Shown: in pieces, positions 13,560-29,485 of the stretch
Layout of the letters: each line of letters begins with the position of its first letter
Numbering within the stretch: position 1 is the stretch's first letter
Origin: Octopus sinensis
Lineage: Eukaryota
DNA length: 64,000 nt
Assembly (NCBI RefSeq): GCF_006345805.1
Contig: NC_042997.1
Location: 5,332,001 to 5,396,000 of the forward strand
Direction: 5' to 3'
Program-made: the position numbers and the translations under genes
The notes under the pieces: generated by a model
Databases searched by the model: none
Seen by the model: only the letters and a program-made list of their open reading frames with translations
What the model was told of the DNA's origin: nothing

Positions 13560-13745
13560 AAAGCAGTTTCGGAAAAAGTTACTCGTGACATTTCTTCTAC
13601 CAATTCAGATCCGCTGCGGTCAACTGTGCTTTTCACCCCTCTCGGATTGATAACATAAAATACCAGTAAAGTCAGTGTCATCGTCTAATTAACCCGTCTA
13701 AGAAATTGCTGGCTCTTTGTCAAAATCTAAAACCATATTATTATT
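13560..13745 (+). mobile_element. Degraded MetaSINE-like element
   Basis: gcggtcaactgtgcttttcacccctctcggattgataacataaaataccag resembles the core of the 35905-36088 and 46383-46580 copies; (ATT) tail. Confidence 0.45.
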
Positions 13746-14732
13746 TGTATTTTATGATTATAATTATTTTAGACAATTATTTTCAGTATTACTATTATTA
13801 ATACTATAACTACTAATTATAATCATCATCTTCATCGTCGCCGTCATTATCATCATCATCCTAATCATCCTAATCATCATCATCCTAAACATCCGAATCA
13901 TCATCATCATCATCATCGTGACTGGGTAAGCTAAGCTGAACGTCAATCCTAGAATTTTTTTGTTTTTCAAACTAGTGTTTATCCATGAGGACGGCATTTT
14001 TATGTTTCATTTTTGCATAATCGTGGAAAGGATTGGTTCCGCTAACTGCTGATGAGTTCACCTTTGTTTAAAGTCCTTTATTTCTTGGGGGAATCGCCCA
14101 TAAAATGTATTGCTTTTAATGTTATTTGATTGATTTAGGTGTGGAGAAAATACAACAGTGAAAGATGCTTGAATGGGAGCAACGACGAGGTTATGAAAGT
14201 GTGTATCACACGCTTAGTGTAGTCTGATCACAGAGCAAACAACCTATGGCAGCACTAACAAAAGAATCAAGCACAAGTACAGTAATGTCAACGTGAACAA
14301 CAAAAGTAAACAACAGCAACATCAACATGAGCGAGAACATCAACAAAATTAATATTGCAAGACAAATGAAAACGAAACCAAAAACAACAGGATCAAGAAT
14401 GAGATGACCATCGTGAACAAACGCAACAGCAGTGATATCAATGAAAACAGTCCCCAAAGTGTGATGACAGTAACAACAAATTCATTGAACAAAACACTAT
14501 TTTCGTCGAAGGCAGGTACTCAGTGGGCAATTCATTCACTACATTTGAAAAATAAAGTATCGCAATAAAAAGAAAGTATTGTTAAAGCTGGAATAACGTC
14601 TCTTAATGAGGAAAAGGCAAGCTCACCTAAGCAAGCATTACGGTCTAAATGCATCTGTTAAAATACAGAAGACTTAAATACACTTCCTTGGTAGAATTGG
14701 GAAAAGTTCTGCAGTGCATGTTCCCTTATTGC

Positions 14733-14871
<139 letters not shown>

Positions 14872-15928
14872 GAATAACATTGTGGAACGTTAGCTGCCCT
14901 CAGTAACAGTGACAAGAACACTCAAACAATGGCAATAATAACCAGAAACTCCAAGAATTTTTATCATTATTCCTTTAATTATAGGCATGAGATTAACTTA
15001 AATTTGATTTATAATATGCCGGTTCACAAGGATCAGACAAGTGACATGGTCTTTTAGAGGACCAGAGGAGACATGGAGAGATAATTCATCCTTTAACTCA
15101 ACATAAATGGGATTGTGATGTAATTCTAGTTAATCTTTTACTCCAAGAGCGTCCCCTGTATTCTCAATCTTTTCTCTTTCGGAGATTGCAAGCAAATGCC
15201 GATGGTAAATGAGGGCAATAAGCCCAAATGCTTTGTGTTAAAATTCAAACAATCTGGAAGATTTCTGTACAGAACTGGAGAAAGCCTGTCACTGTCCACT
15301 GATAATACCAACTCCATTAAAAATAATGAAAACTTCCTTCATACAAAAGTAATTCAAAATTGAGAAACAAATTCGCACATACCTCTTTCATGTGACTCAC
15401 GAATGAAAACACCATCAATAGATGAAAGACTAATGAAATCGTTTCGAAAGGTTTTTGTTAGGGAGAAAAGGAGACCTCAGTCTCAAACAAATAGAGGTTG
15501 TCTTAAATTAAAGATGATGTGATAGAAAACACGTAGAGATAGAATGCCCAGAGAGCTAGAAAACTCGCCACATAACACACCCACATAAACACCATTATTA
15601 CGATAAAATCAAGCAGTAAACATTCAAACAACAACATGACTACACAGTCACACAATCATGAACAAATATCCTTTCTCAACGTCATTGTTATTCCGAGCAA
15701 CATCGGAATTAGTAAGAAATATATTTTGAAGAAGGATGTGGCGGATGACGATTTCCTCCACTCTAAAAGTGATTTATCTTCTAAAAGAAAAATAACTAGA
15801 GGCAATAAATGTGTTAAGAAAATATTGGGGTCAATTCCTACGTCCTCCTCTGCGAAAAACAGATTATTTCATAATGTACACACGAGGATCCGTAAACTGC
15901 CTCTTCCATAAACTTTCTCTGACATAAA

Positions 15929-18494
15929 TTGGCTACTCTTACAGTAGGTTGAGTATATGTTCGGTGCCCGGCTTCGGTTACAACGCAAGGTCCGTCGTTA
16001 AACGACCTCAGATAGTTAGGTATAGATGCACCACTTGTTAACGAGATACAGATATCTGGAGCACACACCGTAACATCCATTTTCGAAGATTTGCCATCAT
16101 GCTTTTAGTCGGATTTGGGTAGTCGAATGGAAGACCGGTTTGGAATCCTGGAACCTCAAAATATAAGCCATCTTCCCGAACCCAGATAGTAGGCTGGTGG
16201 TCCTGGATGTGAATGGTAGCGAAGGTGGTACTTTCGGATTGTGGCCATCTTGGATAAGCGAGAAGAAGGTCGATCTGATTTCTTCAGACTCCTAGAAACA
16301 TTTCACAGGACGTCCAACTTTTTATCACGACACAATATAGAAATTTATTTAAGACGAAGGATGGTATTGTGTGGGTGTAATGCATGGAAGGAGCGCAAAA
16401 ACTCTAAAAGCTGCACAGGCATTTAAAGCTATTCTATAACAGCCAACTAGATATCCAGCATGTGCCAAAGTGCCAAAATGCATATGGAGCGACGACATTT
16501 AGTCATCCAGTTCAAATTAAATTGAGTTGTTATTGGGCTAGAGTACGGGGATAGCATAGTATATTTAGAACTTATACTAGACAGTTTAACAGAACACAAG
16601 TTTGGGATCTGTTCAGCCGTATTAGATACAACCAACAGACAAGGTGCCGGTTAATGAAAGTTGGATGCAAAAGCTATATTTGAGAATTAGTTAAGTGGTG
16701 GGCTCACTGAAGAGGACAAGTAAATCAGAATCGATAGCGTTTGGCAAAGAGATATTAATAGAGTGAAATAGAATGGTGGGGGAAGAGAATTAACTAGCAA
16801 TCTATGAGAAGCAATTAGTAAAGTCATCACCACCGACGTGTTAGCATGAGTAGAGAATTTGATGTTTTCTTCGAAGCGACACGTAAAGCTTCCATTTTGA
16901 GAGTTAAGGCTTCTGAGACTAAACACGTGAGAAAGAAACATGTTCGATGGGCTTATGTGGCGGAAACGAGACACGGTCACAATAATCATTTCTGTGTCGG
17001 ATTGTGATGAGGGTGTTTTATTGCCAGTAGCACCTAGTCCGACTTTTCTTGCTGGTGGTAAATCGGTGATGTGAGCGGGGTTTAGTTCCTACCTATCAGA
17101 CGTGTACTGCAATTGGCAACTCAGCGGAAGAATTCCTACTTTCATGAGCCAGGGATTGGCAAAGTTGCTGCGAAGAGACATGGAAAGGGGAAAATAATTA
17201 TCAGTCTGAACCATAACACTGCTAAACAAATAGCATAATGTTTGGGCAATGTTTTAGCAAAGAAACTATTTATTGGTGGGACTTGTGCGATCAGAAAATA
17301 AGTCTATCCACGACAACCTCCACTACATGCAATATAATGCATGATAGAGAAGAGAGAAGGCGGTGTATGAAATAGGCTTCGATGGTGCACTGATCAATTT
17401 AGATCCGTCTAAATGATCAACAGTGGTGGTCATCATCTTTAACCGAAAGCTATGCTGGAAGTAATAAGTTTTGGGTCACTCCTCAGAGGTTGGAAAGCTG
17501 TGGCACCTACTCAGTGGTTAAAGTGAGCCTTTTGGGATTGCTCACTCAAATTTCTCCTTCCGTACGTGATGGGACCAAAACCAGTTTTGCGGAAGCTAGA
17601 ATATCTAAGTGGCATCCCTTTTCACTCAAGGATGCGTAGATTGACCGTCTTGGTACCTCTGGCTAACGTCCCAATCAAGGTGGTAGAAGGCACCGGTCTT
17701 GAGACAATTGGCACCATATTGAAGGACTTCAAGGTGTGGCTGGAGCGAAAGCAAATCGAGACAAGTGGTGCATCATCATAGGGTGTTGGTCAGGTTCTAT
17801 CTCGGTCCAGACCTCCAGTCAACCAGGTTTGGGACATGGGAACGAGTAAGGTGTTCAGCTTATCCAGAAATGGTCGAGGCTGTCCGTGAAAGGTCGATTA
17901 GTGATAGTGAAATCTTATATCGCCTCTGTCAGTTTACCGCCTCTGTCATGCTGTGACCCAGTCTCCATCTAGAAAGGTTGGTAGGCCTTCTCTTTGATTC
18001 TGCACAAGTGATTTTTGGAGATATGTCGATCATGTGCTTTCACGTGTAGGAGAGTTATAATTGTAAGCTGTATCATCATCATTGTTGCTACACCGATCTC
18101 TTTTAACAGATCAGTTTTCCCATGTCTGGCATATGTTGCCAAGGGGTTGTCGTGGTGAATGACATTGAAAGATTTGCGGGTAAAATATCTCCTCTTTAGC
18201 CTACTTTTCAAGTTAAGCTGGAATGTGAGCGTAGCAAGTGTTGGGTTGTCCACGAGTGGCAAAAATAGAACACTTTCTCTTGTTTCAGGGTGATTTTTGG
18301 AATCGTGAGGTTCCTCGATTGGCCCTAAATATATGTCCCTTTGTATTAGGGCTGCTATATCATTAGCGTATTTGGATATTACGTTTACTTGTATCCCCTT
18401 TTATCAAAATAATTCTATTCTATGTAAACCCCACACTTTATGCTTGTCCTTGTATTGTACCCTTCATACATTGACATAATGACAAATAAATCAC

Positions 18495-18540
<46 letters not shown>
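15929..18540 (+). mobile_element. L1/Tx1-type LINE ORF2 remnant (APE endonuclease, RT, internally deleted C-terminus, 3' UTR, AATAAA, (ATT)n tail)
   Basis: Endonuclease: LATLTVG, IFPNPDSRLVVLDVNGSEGGTF, GRSDFFRLLETF. RT: WQLSGRIPTF..GLAKLLRRD, KSIHDNLHYMQY, GALINLDPSK, PVLRKLEYLSGIP, VAGAKANRDK, LGPDLQ, QKWSRLSVKGR. aataaa at ~18484. Many stops and frameshifts. Confidence 0.8.
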
Positions 18541-18551
<11 letters not shown>

Positions 18552-19285
18552 CATTATTATTATTATTATTATTGTTGTTATTGTTATGATTGCTCTTATT
18601 GTTAGTGTTATTGATGGTATTGTTCCTGCTGTTTTTATATAATTATTATAGCAGAAACGTCACCCCATCCTTATTTAATAAACATGTTATCCTAAGATTG
18701 TGTAACAAGTCTCCGTCTCACGAATGTTTCCTTGCAGTCTGGTAGAATACCATCGTTAATATCAGTTGTTGTAATGAACTCTAGTTTGGACGTTGTATGG
18801 CGTGCAACAATTATCAGAGGAACAATTTGCACATTTGTTCCACAACCTCTTCATTTCTCTAGTTAGATCTTAATATATATACACAGGTTGTCATAGAATT
18901 AACTATCTGTGAATTAACTATAGATAATTAATTCATGGAGAGTTAATTCTCGGAAACTTTATACAAACACACATACACATATACATGCATGCATACACAA
19001 GCACACACAGACACAGAGACACACACGCACACACACAAACACATATATATATTGCTTAATTTTCTTCACTTTCCTAGATATTCCATCTATCACAAGTTGA
19101 TAGATGGAATAGCTAGAAGAGTGAACGTCATTACTGTATTTGTACTTTCTATCCTACACAACCATAATCATTACTCTTACCTCAAAATTATGGTATGTCA
19201 CTACGAATAAATTCCGGAAAAGTCTATTATTAACTTTCAACATGACAGCTTTGGCCTCGTGTCCGTAGTCGTAGCTATTGTTGTG

Positions 19286-19339
<54 letters not shown>

Positions 19340-19526
19340 GTAATAATATTACTAATAATATCAAAAACAATAACATCAACAATAATAATAATAATAATGA
19401 TAATAATAATCATAACCATCATCATCATCATCCTCATTATTAACGGTGGTGGTAGTAGCTGTAGTAGTAGTAGTAGCAGTAGTAGCAGTAGCAGCAGCAG
19501 CAGTACCAGTAGTAGTAGTAGTAGTA

Positions 19527-19559
<33 letters not shown>

Positions 19560-20035
19560 CAGCAGCAGTAATGATAGTAGGAAAATGTTTAAATGCCAAA
19601 TTTAACTCCTAATAATCATATTATTAATGTAGATCAATACCTTAATAGAATACAAAAGCTTTTATTTCTTTCAAATTACATCTTCTCTACAGAAATGATT
19701 TTAATTTTATGTCTTTAAATTAAGTGAAACATTATTAATGAAACGAAATAAATAAATAAACGTCTCCAGTAGTATGTTTCTCTTGAATTGCTTCCCATTT
19801 TTTTCTTGAAAAAAATGTTATTGATTTAAAAAAAAATAATTGTTCAACGTCATTCAATTCAATAATAATACTTTAATAATATATTAGATATATTTGATAT
19901 TGAAAGTGTTATGATGCTTTCTGTGAGTATTCTCGCTTCTTTTTCACGCGCACACAATTCCAACATTGATAATGCATTTTCTTTTTCACTATGATATTGA
20001 TAACACATCGTGTGCGGTGAGGATTCGTCTTTTCG

Positions 20036-20038
<3 letters not shown>

Positions 20039-20116
<78 letters not shown>
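20039..20116. repeat. (TA)n microsatellite, representative of dozens of (TA)n/(TG)n/(TACA)n tracts across the window
   Basis: Directly visible. Such tracts generate the poly-YI/IY ORFs in the track. Confidence 0.95.
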
Positions 20117-20117
<1 letters not shown>

Positions 20118-21090
20118 GCATATATTAGTGTCATCGTTGTTCATATTGAATATCTTTTTCACTTTTGTAAGTTTCTTTGAATTCAATATTGTACGCTATC
20201 AGTGTGAGAGCGATGTGTAAGATAATAAATAGTGGATTGACATATATTCTGAATGCCAATCTTGAGTAGATAGATCTGAATAGACAATTATCGTCATGTG
20301 GAGATGAAGATTAGAAATATCTAATAGTAACGTTCCAATCCCAAAATCTATTGTTAATTTAAAGAATATGTCTCATCTCAATAAAAATTATCAGTAAGTT
20401 TCATATAATTTCTGAAGTTTTGTGTATAACAATACCAGTTATAAATGTATTTCAATTTAATGGCTTTGATATTGTTGTTGACATTACAATTAGATTTTCT
20501 TCCTATTACCAGTAACATACTTGTAAGAAGAACGTTTTATACAACCTAAATCGGTAATGTTGCGACTGGTCTCTTTTGAGGAAATTCTCCCAAAGTCTCA
20601 CCCTCAAAAGACTCAGCAGCACATAGACACGTGTAATGCACTACGATTATCTATTATCTTCGAAATATGAGTGCTGTTGCTGCTATAAAGGGAATTTCTC
20701 TATCCCCTTTTGTTCACAAAATACTTTTATCGGTGCCATGTTAAAACTTCACATAGGTTAAAATTAAAACCTAGGCACGCATTTGTATATAAATATACGT
20801 GTATACGTGTAATATATATTTTTGTGTGTCTGTGTGTATACATATATATATATACGTGTGTATGCATATGCGTAAATATACATACGTATATATATGTATA
20901 TATATATATATATCATTTCTCTGTCTTTTCGTTTTTCCCAAAACAAATTCTATGTTTCTAAGTTTTTGTTTTAATGTTTTCGTTTTACTCATTGTGTTCA
21001 ACATATATATATATATATATGCGTGTGTGTGTGTGTGTGTGCAGTTAAGTACATATATGTATGTATATATGCATATATTCATATTATATG

Positions 21091-21149
<59 letters not shown>

Positions 21150-22053
21150 CAGAAACTCAAATATATGTATGTGTATATATTTATGCATGCATGTATGCAT
21201 GTATATATGCATGCGTGTATAAATGCATGAATGAATGAATACATGCATGTCCTTTTCACTTTTCAATTATGTGGAATATATCTGTAAGGAATTGACATAT
21301 TTTCAATAAAGATACAAAGTTCCATCTTTTGAATGCAGATGGGACAAAACAATTCACTTCGAATTTGGGAAATTTTCGCATTTTTATACAATTTCGCTTC
21401 CATCGGCATTTTTATCTATATAAGCGTACAAGGATTTCGTATCTATTATTGTTTCCGTTTTTGCGCTACATAAACTTTACATCAAACACTAGATTTAAGC
21501 ATTCTGGAATGAAAACATTCAGTTCGATTTCCCTTTTGTTGTGTTTTTCATTTTTTTAAATATGTTTAGAAATTTCGGCCGTAATATGATTCAAATAATA
21601 AGTATAGTTGCAATGAGTTTTTCAGCTCACAAAATTTCGTACCTGTACTTCAGAATGAGGGTAAAACAGCATATAAAATTATTTGTTAATCCGCTATTTG
21701 TAAATGAAATGCATTTTTGAAATAATCAGAAATATGTAAGTGATCGTAAGAATTTAATTACGCAAATTAATGGAAATATCATGATACGATAATAAAATCA
21801 CCAATAGATTGTTCCTAGGTTAGACAATGCATTATGCATGTGTGTGTGTGTGTGTGTGTGTTTGGTCATAAGCTTTTATATATTTTGCTTGTCGAATTAT
21901 GCAAAAATATATTTATAATTAAATCAAAAGATTACTCAATAGGTGTGTGTGTATACAATATACGTCCATACATACATGCATATATATATATATATATATA
22001 CATGCATATATGTGTGTGTATAAATACACGCACACACACACACATATCTATAT

Positions 22054-22085
<32 letters not shown>

Positions 22086-22314
22086 ATATATTATATATAT
22101 ATATAGCAACGAAAGCAACATAGGCGTAGAAGCGATACATGTGTCGGTAGGCACTGAGCAAAATTTATATGAAACTTATAAAACACTAGGATATAGCCTA
22201 AATTTCGTATATACGCACAGATTTTACCTCATCTTTTAACCATTAGGGTGTTCTCCGGATTGTAAACGTAAACTTACTATGCCCTAGAGTTAGTGAAGGG
22301 GCTTACGTGTGTGC

Positions 22315-22362
<48 letters not shown>

Positions 22363-23310
22363 AGTGTGTGAGTGTGTGTGTGTGTGTGTGTATGTGTGTG
22401 TGCATACACACATATATGTATATATTCATAGATAGATGGATAGATATTGATATAGAAGGTGTATATGATTATGTACATACATTTATAGTCATACATATAT
22501 AAATACATATGAATATATATTGTGTACACTTGTGTGTGTGTAGGAATAAGAAGAAAGTTATAATGTTGCTTGTTTATATATGCTGTGTATGTGCATGTGC
22601 GTGAGTGCGGTGCATGAGAGAAGTTCTCTATAGATATTGTGGTTCATATTACTGTAGTTCATATCAAATCATCAACAACATATTTTGTAAATATATTTAT
22701 GAGAACATAAATATAAAGGCTTAAATATATATATATAATGGAACGCGTGGTATGTATATTATCTCAAAAATACACACGTAAATATTATACATGCCTATAT
22801 ATATTACCAAATTAATCTAATTACATATTTTTTTCCTTCATTGATTTAAGGTCTAATGGAAGTAACTCTTTTACATGTTCACTCCTTTCGGATTTCATTT
22901 TCGTTTACAGTATTTTAAACGTCCACGTTCCCTATAATGCTTCCTTTTCGTGTTTTGACGTTTCTTATCTCGTCCAACATTTATATCGTTTCGCTATGAA
23001 GTTTGAACCTGATGACTATGCAAGCACGATATACATATTATAATTTATTATGTTGCATGTTAACAGTACATGAAACTATTAGTAGAACTTAAAAGCATGC
23101 ATTGTGTCAATTAAATAATATCTATTTCTCACCAGATGGAGTGCAGTCTCTGTTGTTATTACTATCAGGAAGCAGTACATGATCTATCTATCTATCTGTC
23201 TGTCTGTCCGTCTATCAATGTTTATATATAATATATATAGATATATATATATATATTATATATATATATATATATAGTGTTCTATATTTAGGGATGAGGA
23301 TTTCTGTAAA

Positions 23311-23837
23311 TTATTTACGTTATTTAGATTGGACAGATATCTGACCTTAACTTGTTTGTTGTTACCAAAACGCCTCGGCTTAGTCACTCCCCAGCCTTCA
23401 CAATGTGTCCTGGTAGAATTTTGAACCTAACCCTGGGTGCTCATTCCTTAAGCATGTTATGCTGATGTTATTGCTGTTAATATTATTATTATTATTATTA
23501 TTATAATTATTATTATTATTATTTCTTCAATGCACTGCCTGAAACTGAGTTCGGAATGTTGTTTTTAGTAGCCTGCGCTCTTACCGATTACGCAATATGC
23601 TCGGGCATATAGGGTAATGGTTAACAGCGCTGGCTACTAAATCCAAGTTTCACAGTTCTGCTGCAGGCAGTGTCTGAATAAACAACAGCAACAATAATAA
23701 TAATAAGAATAATAATAAGAAGAACATAACCCAAAAATACGTTAGTTATGAGAACTATGACGAAGGCCGGACAATAAATCAGCTGAAACGTTCTGGTAAC
23801 AACAGACAATTTCAGGACACATTTCCGTCCAATGTCG

Positions 23838-23845
<8 letters not shown>
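23311..23845. mobile_element. Head-to-head palindromic element: [hammerhead remnant-(ATT)n-tRNA head] mirrored as [tRNA head-(AAT)n-hammerhead remnant]
   Basis: Centre atatgc-tcgg-gcatat (23595-23610). ttagtagcctgcgctcttaccgattacgcaatatgc matches the reverse complement of the right arm at ~30/36. Outer arms (attggacagatatctgacc...gttgttaccaaaacg vs cgttctggtaacaac...tccgtccaat) are also inverted copies. Homologous to 61885-62155. Confidence 0.8.
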
Positions 23846-23882
<37 letters not shown>

Positions 23883-24040
23883 GTACATACATACATACAT
23901 ACATACATACATACATACATACATACATACATACATACACACATGCATACATATGTGTGTGTGTTTATACATATTCATATAATAATTTATAAGATTATCT
24001 CAAAATAAAATTTAGAAAATGCATTATAATCATAAAATTC

Positions 24041-24105
<65 letters not shown>

Positions 24106-24111
24106 TATATA

Positions 24112-24145
<34 letters not shown>

Positions 24146-24691
24146 CATATATACATACATACATAGTATTATTATTATTGCTGCTACTACTAAAAATATT
24201 ACTACTACTACCGCTATGACTACTACGACGACAACTACTACTAGTAACTGAGATAAGGTTTTGTTTATTTCTTTCGTCTATATGTCGAAAAGAAGCTCTA
24301 CGCGTTACAATTTAGAGGAGCTTAGAAATCGTACAATAGACAAATATACCAAAATTAGGGAAAATACACAAATGAATTAATAAAGAATAAATAGATAATC
24401 GAAATAATAATGTAACAATTATTAAAAACTAAAGAAGTGTGTTATTGCTTCAAATTATTAACAGACGTTTTCATGAATTTAAATAATTCTATGATAAATG
24501 ACAAGAAAAAATTGATAAATGCAACATATACATTGATACATCGCTACTTCGACACGTCGCTAGTCTATGTCTTGACTCAACTGTCAATATAAGCTGTTTA
24601 AATAGCGTACAGATCTACTTGTGAGAAAATGGATTGCATTCTATATATATATCTCATATATATATATATACATATATATAATATATATATA

Positions 24692-24731
<40 letters not shown>

Positions 24732-24743
24732 TATATATATATT

Positions 24744-24797
<54 letters not shown>

Positions 24798-24855
24798 TCT
24801 ATTATATATACATAGATATATATATATACATATATATATATATAATATATATATC

Positions 24856-24891
<36 letters not shown>

Positions 24892-25336
24892 TCATATATA
24901 TACATATGTATATATATATGATTATAATACCATATATATAATATATATATATACGTATATATATATATATGCATACATATCTATATAAATGTGTTCTTGT
25001 ATGTGTGTGTAAATATACGTGTGCGCGTGCGTGCGTGCGATTCGCTTTGGCATTCAGAGTTCGATAACCTGGAGTAGAACTCAATAAATGTATGCTTCAG
25101 AACAATGTATACGAGTAATAAGAAAATGAGCTACTGTATGTATGTATATATACATATACATACATACATAAATATATATATATATAATGTATATATATAT
25201 TTACGTATGTATATACATATATACACATTATATAATATATTTACGCACGCATTATATATATATATATACATATATATTATATATATATATATATTATATA
25301 TATATATATTATATATATATATATATATTATACATG

Positions 25337-25367
<31 letters not shown>

Positions 25368-25835
25368 CACATGGATATATATACATATGTTCTTATGTGT
25401 TGTATATGTATATGTACGTGTATGTATGCATGAATGTCTGAACAAGTTTCTATCGGCGAATTCGGGAATTACGTTGGGTCTACATATACTAGATTTATGG
25501 ATTATCGGCCAACGATGAAATAGGTCCAATTATTTTTTTTATTTCTGTCTTTTTTTTTCCTTCACCCTTCAATTTTTGTATCCACATTCCTCTGGTTTTT
25601 CTTGTTCTTAATCTTCTATTTCTCTGATTTGTAACATTATAGGCCATGTGCTGAGAAGCCGACTATTCCATGGGGAATATAAAAACACGCATAGAAACCA
25701 TATCAAACATACAAATCTATTAGACTCCCATATCTCTATACTATGTACACTACACAATATTTTTCACTCACCGGATTGAGTAGTTTTTCTTTAATCTTAC
25801 TTTAACGGAAAAGTATACTACATACATACATATCA

Positions 25836-25888
<53 letters not shown>

Positions 25889-26440
25889 TCTATAAGCTGA
25901 CACACGTAATTACTAAGAGCTTAAATACTGAACTTTCTATCTGTGTGTTTTAAATTGTCAAAGCAAAATTGTTAATTCCAATATTACCAAAGGCAACAAA
26001 AATACCGTTACACCCTGTGCCTCCCTAAAAAAAGGAAAACATGTGCAGGCCTGTTCACAAAATTCTACATAGCATGATTAAACTCTAAACCATAATGTAA
26101 CCTGAAATATAAACAACAATTATTTTTTTGAAAGGACTTTCCATAACAACAGATCATAAAATTTACTACCCTTCTCGAACCCACATACGTAAACATGATT
26201 TTATCTCGAGAGACCATATAAATAAAAGAATGATACTAATGCTTTGCAGACCAACGATGGATTAAGCGGCCAAAACTTCAAAGTCTTTGAAAACAACATT
26301 CTTGCATATGAATAATAAAATTGCACTCTACAAAAATATAGAGTAACCCAACAGATGAATGTAAATTCTTTTTTTATTATAACAGAACATAAAAACAAAC
26401 ATTAACAGATGCACACGCACACGCTCACACACACACATTT

Positions 26441-26501
<61 letters not shown>

Positions 26502-27194
26502 TACATACATATATATATGCACATACACACACGTATATATATATGTGTATACATGCATGGTTATATATGTGTGTATGTGAATATGCCTAACAACAATATA
26601 CATCATAATTGCCCCTCTTTTTATATTTTCATGTAAGATATTTTTCTCTCCTTGTATCCATCTTTCCTCGTATAGCGCGTGTGTGTGCGCATATATATAT
26701 ATATATCCGCTATATGCTTTTTCTTCTCAAACCATATGTGTATATATGTATATACATTTATAAATATATATATACATTAAATTTGTATATATACTTACCA
26801 ATGTTAAAGCTTAGTAATAGGTATTATTTAAAAATTCTACTATATCATATTGTGGTCTAAAAGATCCTGTAGCTATTTGTACTTTTAATTATTATGAATT
26901 TATTATTTCCGTGTTATTAATATTATGATTATTAGGTTTTATATGCATAACTTATTACTTATGCTGTAATGAATAATGTGTAACGTGGAATTAGAAATTG
27001 CCAGTCTTTTTTTTTTAGACAACTACCCCGCAAATCCTGTTGTTCATCACATCTTTCAACTAATATGAAAGACACTCCCTGTTAGAAATAAGATCTCGAC
27101 AAACAAATCTTTCATTACCTAAAAGTGTAGCCATGCTTCGCGAATGTACAATTAGAGCGTAACACCTTCTATAAACTATATGCATATATATATC

Positions 27195-27225
<31 letters not shown>

Positions 27226-27247
27226 TATAATATATATATATATATAT

Positions 27248-27286
<39 letters not shown>

Positions 27287-28323
27287 GTGTGTTTGTGTAT
27301 GTATACGAATGTTTGCTTTATATTGTGTACATTAATATACGCATATTTATACACCCATATATTTGTGGATAAATATATATATATATATTATATATATATA
27401 TATCTATATATATATATATATTCCAATATTTGAATATTTATCCGCTTTGAGATATATGTATTCTTATGGGAATTCAACTATGCAACTTGTAGCGTCATAT
27501 ATATATCTGAAGCAAGCAATAGTACAATACGTATTCTGTATCCTAAATTGTATTTTAGGAAACCACTGCTTATCAATTTTCTAACCATCTCATTTTCTCT
27601 TCCCAAAAATATTAGACCTTTTTTAGCTCCATTCATCATGAGGGCCAGACAGCGCAGAAGGAAAAAGTCATAGAATCAAGTTTGGTATGTTTACTCTTAT
27701 TTGTTTGTATATTCTAATTTTGCATTGACTAAAATTGCTTTTATTCATTCTCTTCGGACATTTATCTTTATTTGTTTACAATTATACATAATTACAGCCA
27801 CAAACAAACATACAGGAATATTTGCATAGATTCATCCATACCTGTACTACGGTTTTTCTCTATTTTATATAATAGTTATGTGGAACTTATTCTTTTCCTT
27901 TTCTTCCTTTGTACTTCTGTTTTCTTCATAATTCTCTCTTCCTCTTTTGATAAGTGTTTATATAATTAATATGCGTAGCGAACCGTAAAAGGGAGGAAAA
28001 TGCGAAAATAATTTGGTGGGGTACTTAAGGAATACGGACATAGGGAATTGATTAGACACATTTTCGAACAAACTCCAAATACCCAATAATACGTACAGAA
28101 ATACATGTATACCTGGATACATCTCAGCAGAATCATGAAATATAACACGCCTGACGTCGAAACACTACAAACAATAGAATGGTTTAACTCATTGTATATA
28201 CATACTTGTATGTGTGTGTATATATATGCATACACACACACATATATACATACTTACATAGATGGACGGACGGACAGACAGACAAACGGACAGTTAGACA
28301 GACATACAGACATACATATAGAC

Positions 28324-28447
<124 letters not shown>

Positions 28448-29365
28448 TCTCTTCTTTAATGTTCTGCTTAACTCACCTTGGTTTCGCGATTCTCTAACGA
28501 TAACACCAAATTTCTTCATCTCTTACTGTTCACAACATTCTCTCTCATTCGGTTTCCCCCTTTATTTCATTCACACTTTTTTAGATCATCCTTTCCCTAC
28601 TCACATAATTTCTTCTTTCAATCCTTACATAGAACCTTCCACACAACTAGAGCCTTTTACATAAAGGAAAGTGTAGCGGGTGAATTTTTGCATTTACAAT
28701 CGTTCGTTTACATCCTTCCTTTTTATTGAAATGTCCTAGGATTTTATCCTTAGTGAGATTTTGATAAACACGCATTTTAATTTTTTTTTTATATTTCATT
28801 ATTTCCCTTTCTCCCCATGATTGTCTTCTTGTCAAACCATTTTATTAACTTTTATTCTGTTTTCATTTGTCTTACCCTCAATGTATCATTTATTTCCAGC
28901 GTCCTAATTCCGTGAACATTTTGTGTACTTGTGCATTTTACTTTCTTTTGCTCACTGGTTTCTTGGACCCTTTTCAGTTTCTTTACATCGTCAGTAATTT
29001 TTTTTTAATCATTCTCCCTGCTCTGCACAAGCTTATCGCCAGACATAACTACCAAATCCATAATAAAAGAATAGGGTTTAAAAATTGACGTAGCTTTTCG
29101 TAATATTTTAACTGCTTCATTGATAGTGGTTTTATTAACCCGATGATTTAATGGGAAAATTAGTATTTATCAGTATATCAAGGTTTATATTTGTTGTTAG
29201 TGTTGTTACTTGTGATGAACATGTCCTTATTTCATGGCTCATACGCATATATTAATTCATATAAATGTTTGCTGTTGTTGGATTTGGTCAATATAATAGT
29301 ATTTATTTCATTTACTTGTGTGCACACAATCTTTTCCCAGTTTGGTAAACAAGGTTATACACACG

Positions 29366-29413
<48 letters not shown>

Positions 29414-29485
29414 ATTTGCGTATATCATTATATTTGTTTTGTTTTTTTATATATAATTAAATATTTTATATATCTATTACATTCC

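Noticed and set aside
14138-14515. Possible exon flanked by tttag|GT and ag|gtactc with Asn/Gln/Thr-rich content
   Set aside because: All three plus-strand frames contain stops and the donor is weak.
15060-15900. Possible ORF1 of the adjacent L1/Tx1 element
   Set aside because: Position fits, but no convincing zinc-knuckle or RRM motif could be read; left unassigned.
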